Assembly: GCA_963667015.2 (NCBI GenBank) | Contig: CAXXJJ010000004.1 | Location: 1,760,001 to 1,824,000, forward strand | DNA from: Desulfatiglandales bacterium | GTDB taxonomy: Bacteria; Desulfobacterota; DSM-4660; Desulfatiglandales; HGW-15 | DNA length: 64,000 nt | Direction: 5' to 3' | Shown: piece by piece, positions 62,231 to 64,000 of the stretch | How the letters are laid out: every line of letters begins with the position of its first letter | How positions within the stretch are numbered: position 1 is the first letter of the stretch | Notes under the pieces: generated by a model | The model's input: only the letters and a program-made list of their open reading frames with translations | Databases searched by the model: none | What the model was told of the DNA's origin: nothing | Program-made: the position numbers and the translations under genes

Positions 62231-63529
62231 TTGAATAGTATTAAAGCAACGCCAACGGTATCTATCTGGAACCGTAATTTTATATGCATATTATTATTAT
62301 CATTTGCACTCGGCTTTTCACATTTTTCGGTAAACCCTCTAATCGCATCCTATTCTATTCATCTGGGTGCCAGCGACCATCTTACAGGATTCATTCTGGG
62401 TATTTTTTTTGGTGTCGCCTTCGTAATGAGACCTGTAGCGGGTCCTGTTCTCACATGGTTTGATAAGCGAAAACTGATGATACTGATATTTATTATCAAT
62501 GGAGCTGCAAATATCGGTTATGCATTCTTTGACAACATATCAGGCTTTATAACCTTCAGGCTGCTTCACGGATTTCAATACGCCCTGGTTGGAACCCTTT
62601 CAATGACCCTGGCAGGGGACAGTCTTCCAAAAGAGAAAATGGCCTCAGGTATGGGTATTTTCGGCCTGAGCAGTTCACTAAGTATGGCAATAGCGCCGAC
62701 TATAGGATTAAGCATCCTGAATTACGGAACATATTTAAAAAATGAAAGTTTTGGTTTTACCTGTATTTTTCTTTTCGGCATAATAATCAGTTTTCTGGGT
62801 TTGATTCCGGCTTTTATGCTTCTCCCGGACAAAAAGACAAAGGAAGATATATCAAGCACGGGAGCGTGGTATAAGAATATAGCTTCCGTTCATGCGGCTC
62901 CCATGGCTATGATTATGCTTTTTATTTATTTAGGGTGGTCTCTATATAACGGGTATATTGTAGAATATGCAAAAGAGCTGGAAATACCCGGAATAGGTGC
63001 ATTTTATACCGTACAGGCGCTGGTTCTTTTATTTATAAGGCCTGCGAGCGGATATCTTACCGACAGGCTTGGTTTAGCCAGAGTTCTTCCCCCTGCCCTG
63101 TTGATAACAGCATCTTCATTTATTATAATTGGATCCGCTGGATCAATCAATACCATGCTCATAGGTTCGGCAGTAGCAGCTATAGGGTTCGGTGCATTTC
63201 AGCCGGCTGTCTATTCCATGTGCATACTGTCCGAAACACCTCTTAAGCGCAGTGTTGCCAGCAATACTCTCTATATAGGTATAGATATGGGTCTATTTCT
63301 AGGACCTTTTCTCGGCGGCATTGTACATGAAGCATATAATTACTCGATTATGTTTAAGTCAGCTTCTTTAATGGTCATCATCGGTCTCATTATCTTTATT
63401 ATACTGCTGCCAGGTTATTATCGCAGACGCGGGGAGCTGGATAAAATGGAAACAGAACAGGAACAGAATAAGAGTAACAAAGAACTGCTCTTTATTAATA
63501 AGGACAGGAAGGCATGGAGCCGTCAGTAA
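62231..63529 (+). CDS. MFS transporter
   Basis: About twelve TM helices; RPVAG, RLLHG, GYLTDRLG, DMGLFLGP. Confidence 0.9.
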   Translation: MNSIKATPTVSIWNRNFICILLLSFALGFSHFSVNPLIASYSIHLGASDHLTGFILGIFFGVAFVMRPVAGPVLTWFDKRKLMILIFIINGAANIGYAFFDNISGFITFRLLHGFQYALVGTLSMTLAGDSLPKEKMASGMGIFGLSSSLSMAIAPTIGLSILNYGTYLKNESFGFTCIFLFGIIISFLGLIPAFMLLPDKKTKEDISSTGAWYKNIASVHAAPMAMIMLFIYLGWSLYNGYIVEYAKELEIPGIGAFYTVQALVLLFIRPASGYLTDRLGLARVLPPALLITASSFIIIGSAGSINTMLIGSAVAAIGFGAFQPAVYSMCILSETPLKRSVASNTLYIGIDMGLFLGPFLGGIVHEAYNYSIMFKSASLMVIIGLIIFIILLPGYYRRRGELDKMETEQEQNKSNKELLFINKDRKAWSRQ

Positions 63530-64000
63530 AAATAGATAAAAGCCTGCTAAAAGAGATTGATAAGACCTCTTTAGATGAAAAACGCATTCGCTGGAGAGAA
63601 GCAGTAAAGAAGGCACCCTACAAAGTGCATGTTGACCGCCAGAAATATGCAACCGAATCATGGAAACAGACGGAAGGTGAGGACCTTGAGATCCGCAGGG
63701 CAAAACTGTTTGAGCACGTGGTAAAAAATATTGAAATCAGTATTCTGGATTTTGACTATATTGCAGGCCGCATGGGCCCAACGGTTATCGGCGCCTATAC
63801 TGCCATGGACATCTGCGGTGACTACCTTGAAGGTATCTGGGATGATGAAGGCAGTGTCCAGTTTTCCATGCACGACAAATCCTGCCTGACGCGGGATGAA
63901 CAGGAAGTCCTTCAGGATGCAGCCCGTGTCTTTGCCGGAAAGACCATTGTCGACATGGGTAACAGGGTGATGGAAGATGTACTCGGCAGCTGGCCTCAGG
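63514..64000 (+). CDS. Glycyl-radical enzyme (PFL-like) N-terminus, partial
   Basis: Not in the ORF track. MEPSVK...VHVDRQKYATESWKQTEGEDLEIRRAKLFEHVVKNIEISILDFDYIAG..., the typical PFL-family N-terminus; open to the window end. Confidence 0.8.
   Translation, partial: MEPSVKIDKSLLKEIDKTSLDEKRIRWREAVKKAPYKVHVDRQKYATESWKQTEGEDLEIRRAKLFEHVVKNIEISILDFDYIAGRMGPTVIGAYTAMDICGDYLEGIWDDEGSVQFSMHDKSCLTRDEQEVLQDAARVFAGKTIVDMGNRVMEDVLGSWPQ

Overview
Bacterial chromosomal window with no rRNA, tRNA or CRISPR array seen. Gene content and promoter style suggest a Desulfobacterota/deltaproteobacterial anaerobe (inference). Left to right: (1) An AT-rich accessory block with a sigma54/IHF-type promoter driving a PEP-CTERM gene, a GEMM-I-type riboswitch remnant, and two tandem large exoproteins sharing a near-identical N-terminal module; it is followed by a hicB-hicA pair with a truncated toxin. 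(2) A flagellar rod/ring/junction cluster flgFGAHIJ-flgNKL-csrA-fliW, plus a PilZ brake-like gene. (3) DUF4301-DedA, an in-frame UGA (UxxC) PrdB/GrdB-like selenoprotein that the ORF track splits in two, and two Tat-signal enzymes. (4) An ECF sigma/CBM48 anti-sigma module whose promoter motif recurs upstream of two small secreted proteins. (5) A sigma28-type operon: CheY-like, CheX-like, REC-PilZ-Ser/Thr kinase and a second kinase. (6) A large catabolic region with two TonB-dependent receptors (one GC-rich and apparently recently acquired, one with a +1 frameshift in its signal peptide), a sucrose phosphorylase/kinase/MFS/regulator set, several esterases and esterase pseudogenes, a pyrogallol transhydroxylase-like Mo enzyme, and the start of a glycyl-radical enzyme. 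All calls are by eye from sequence motifs; no database searches were run.
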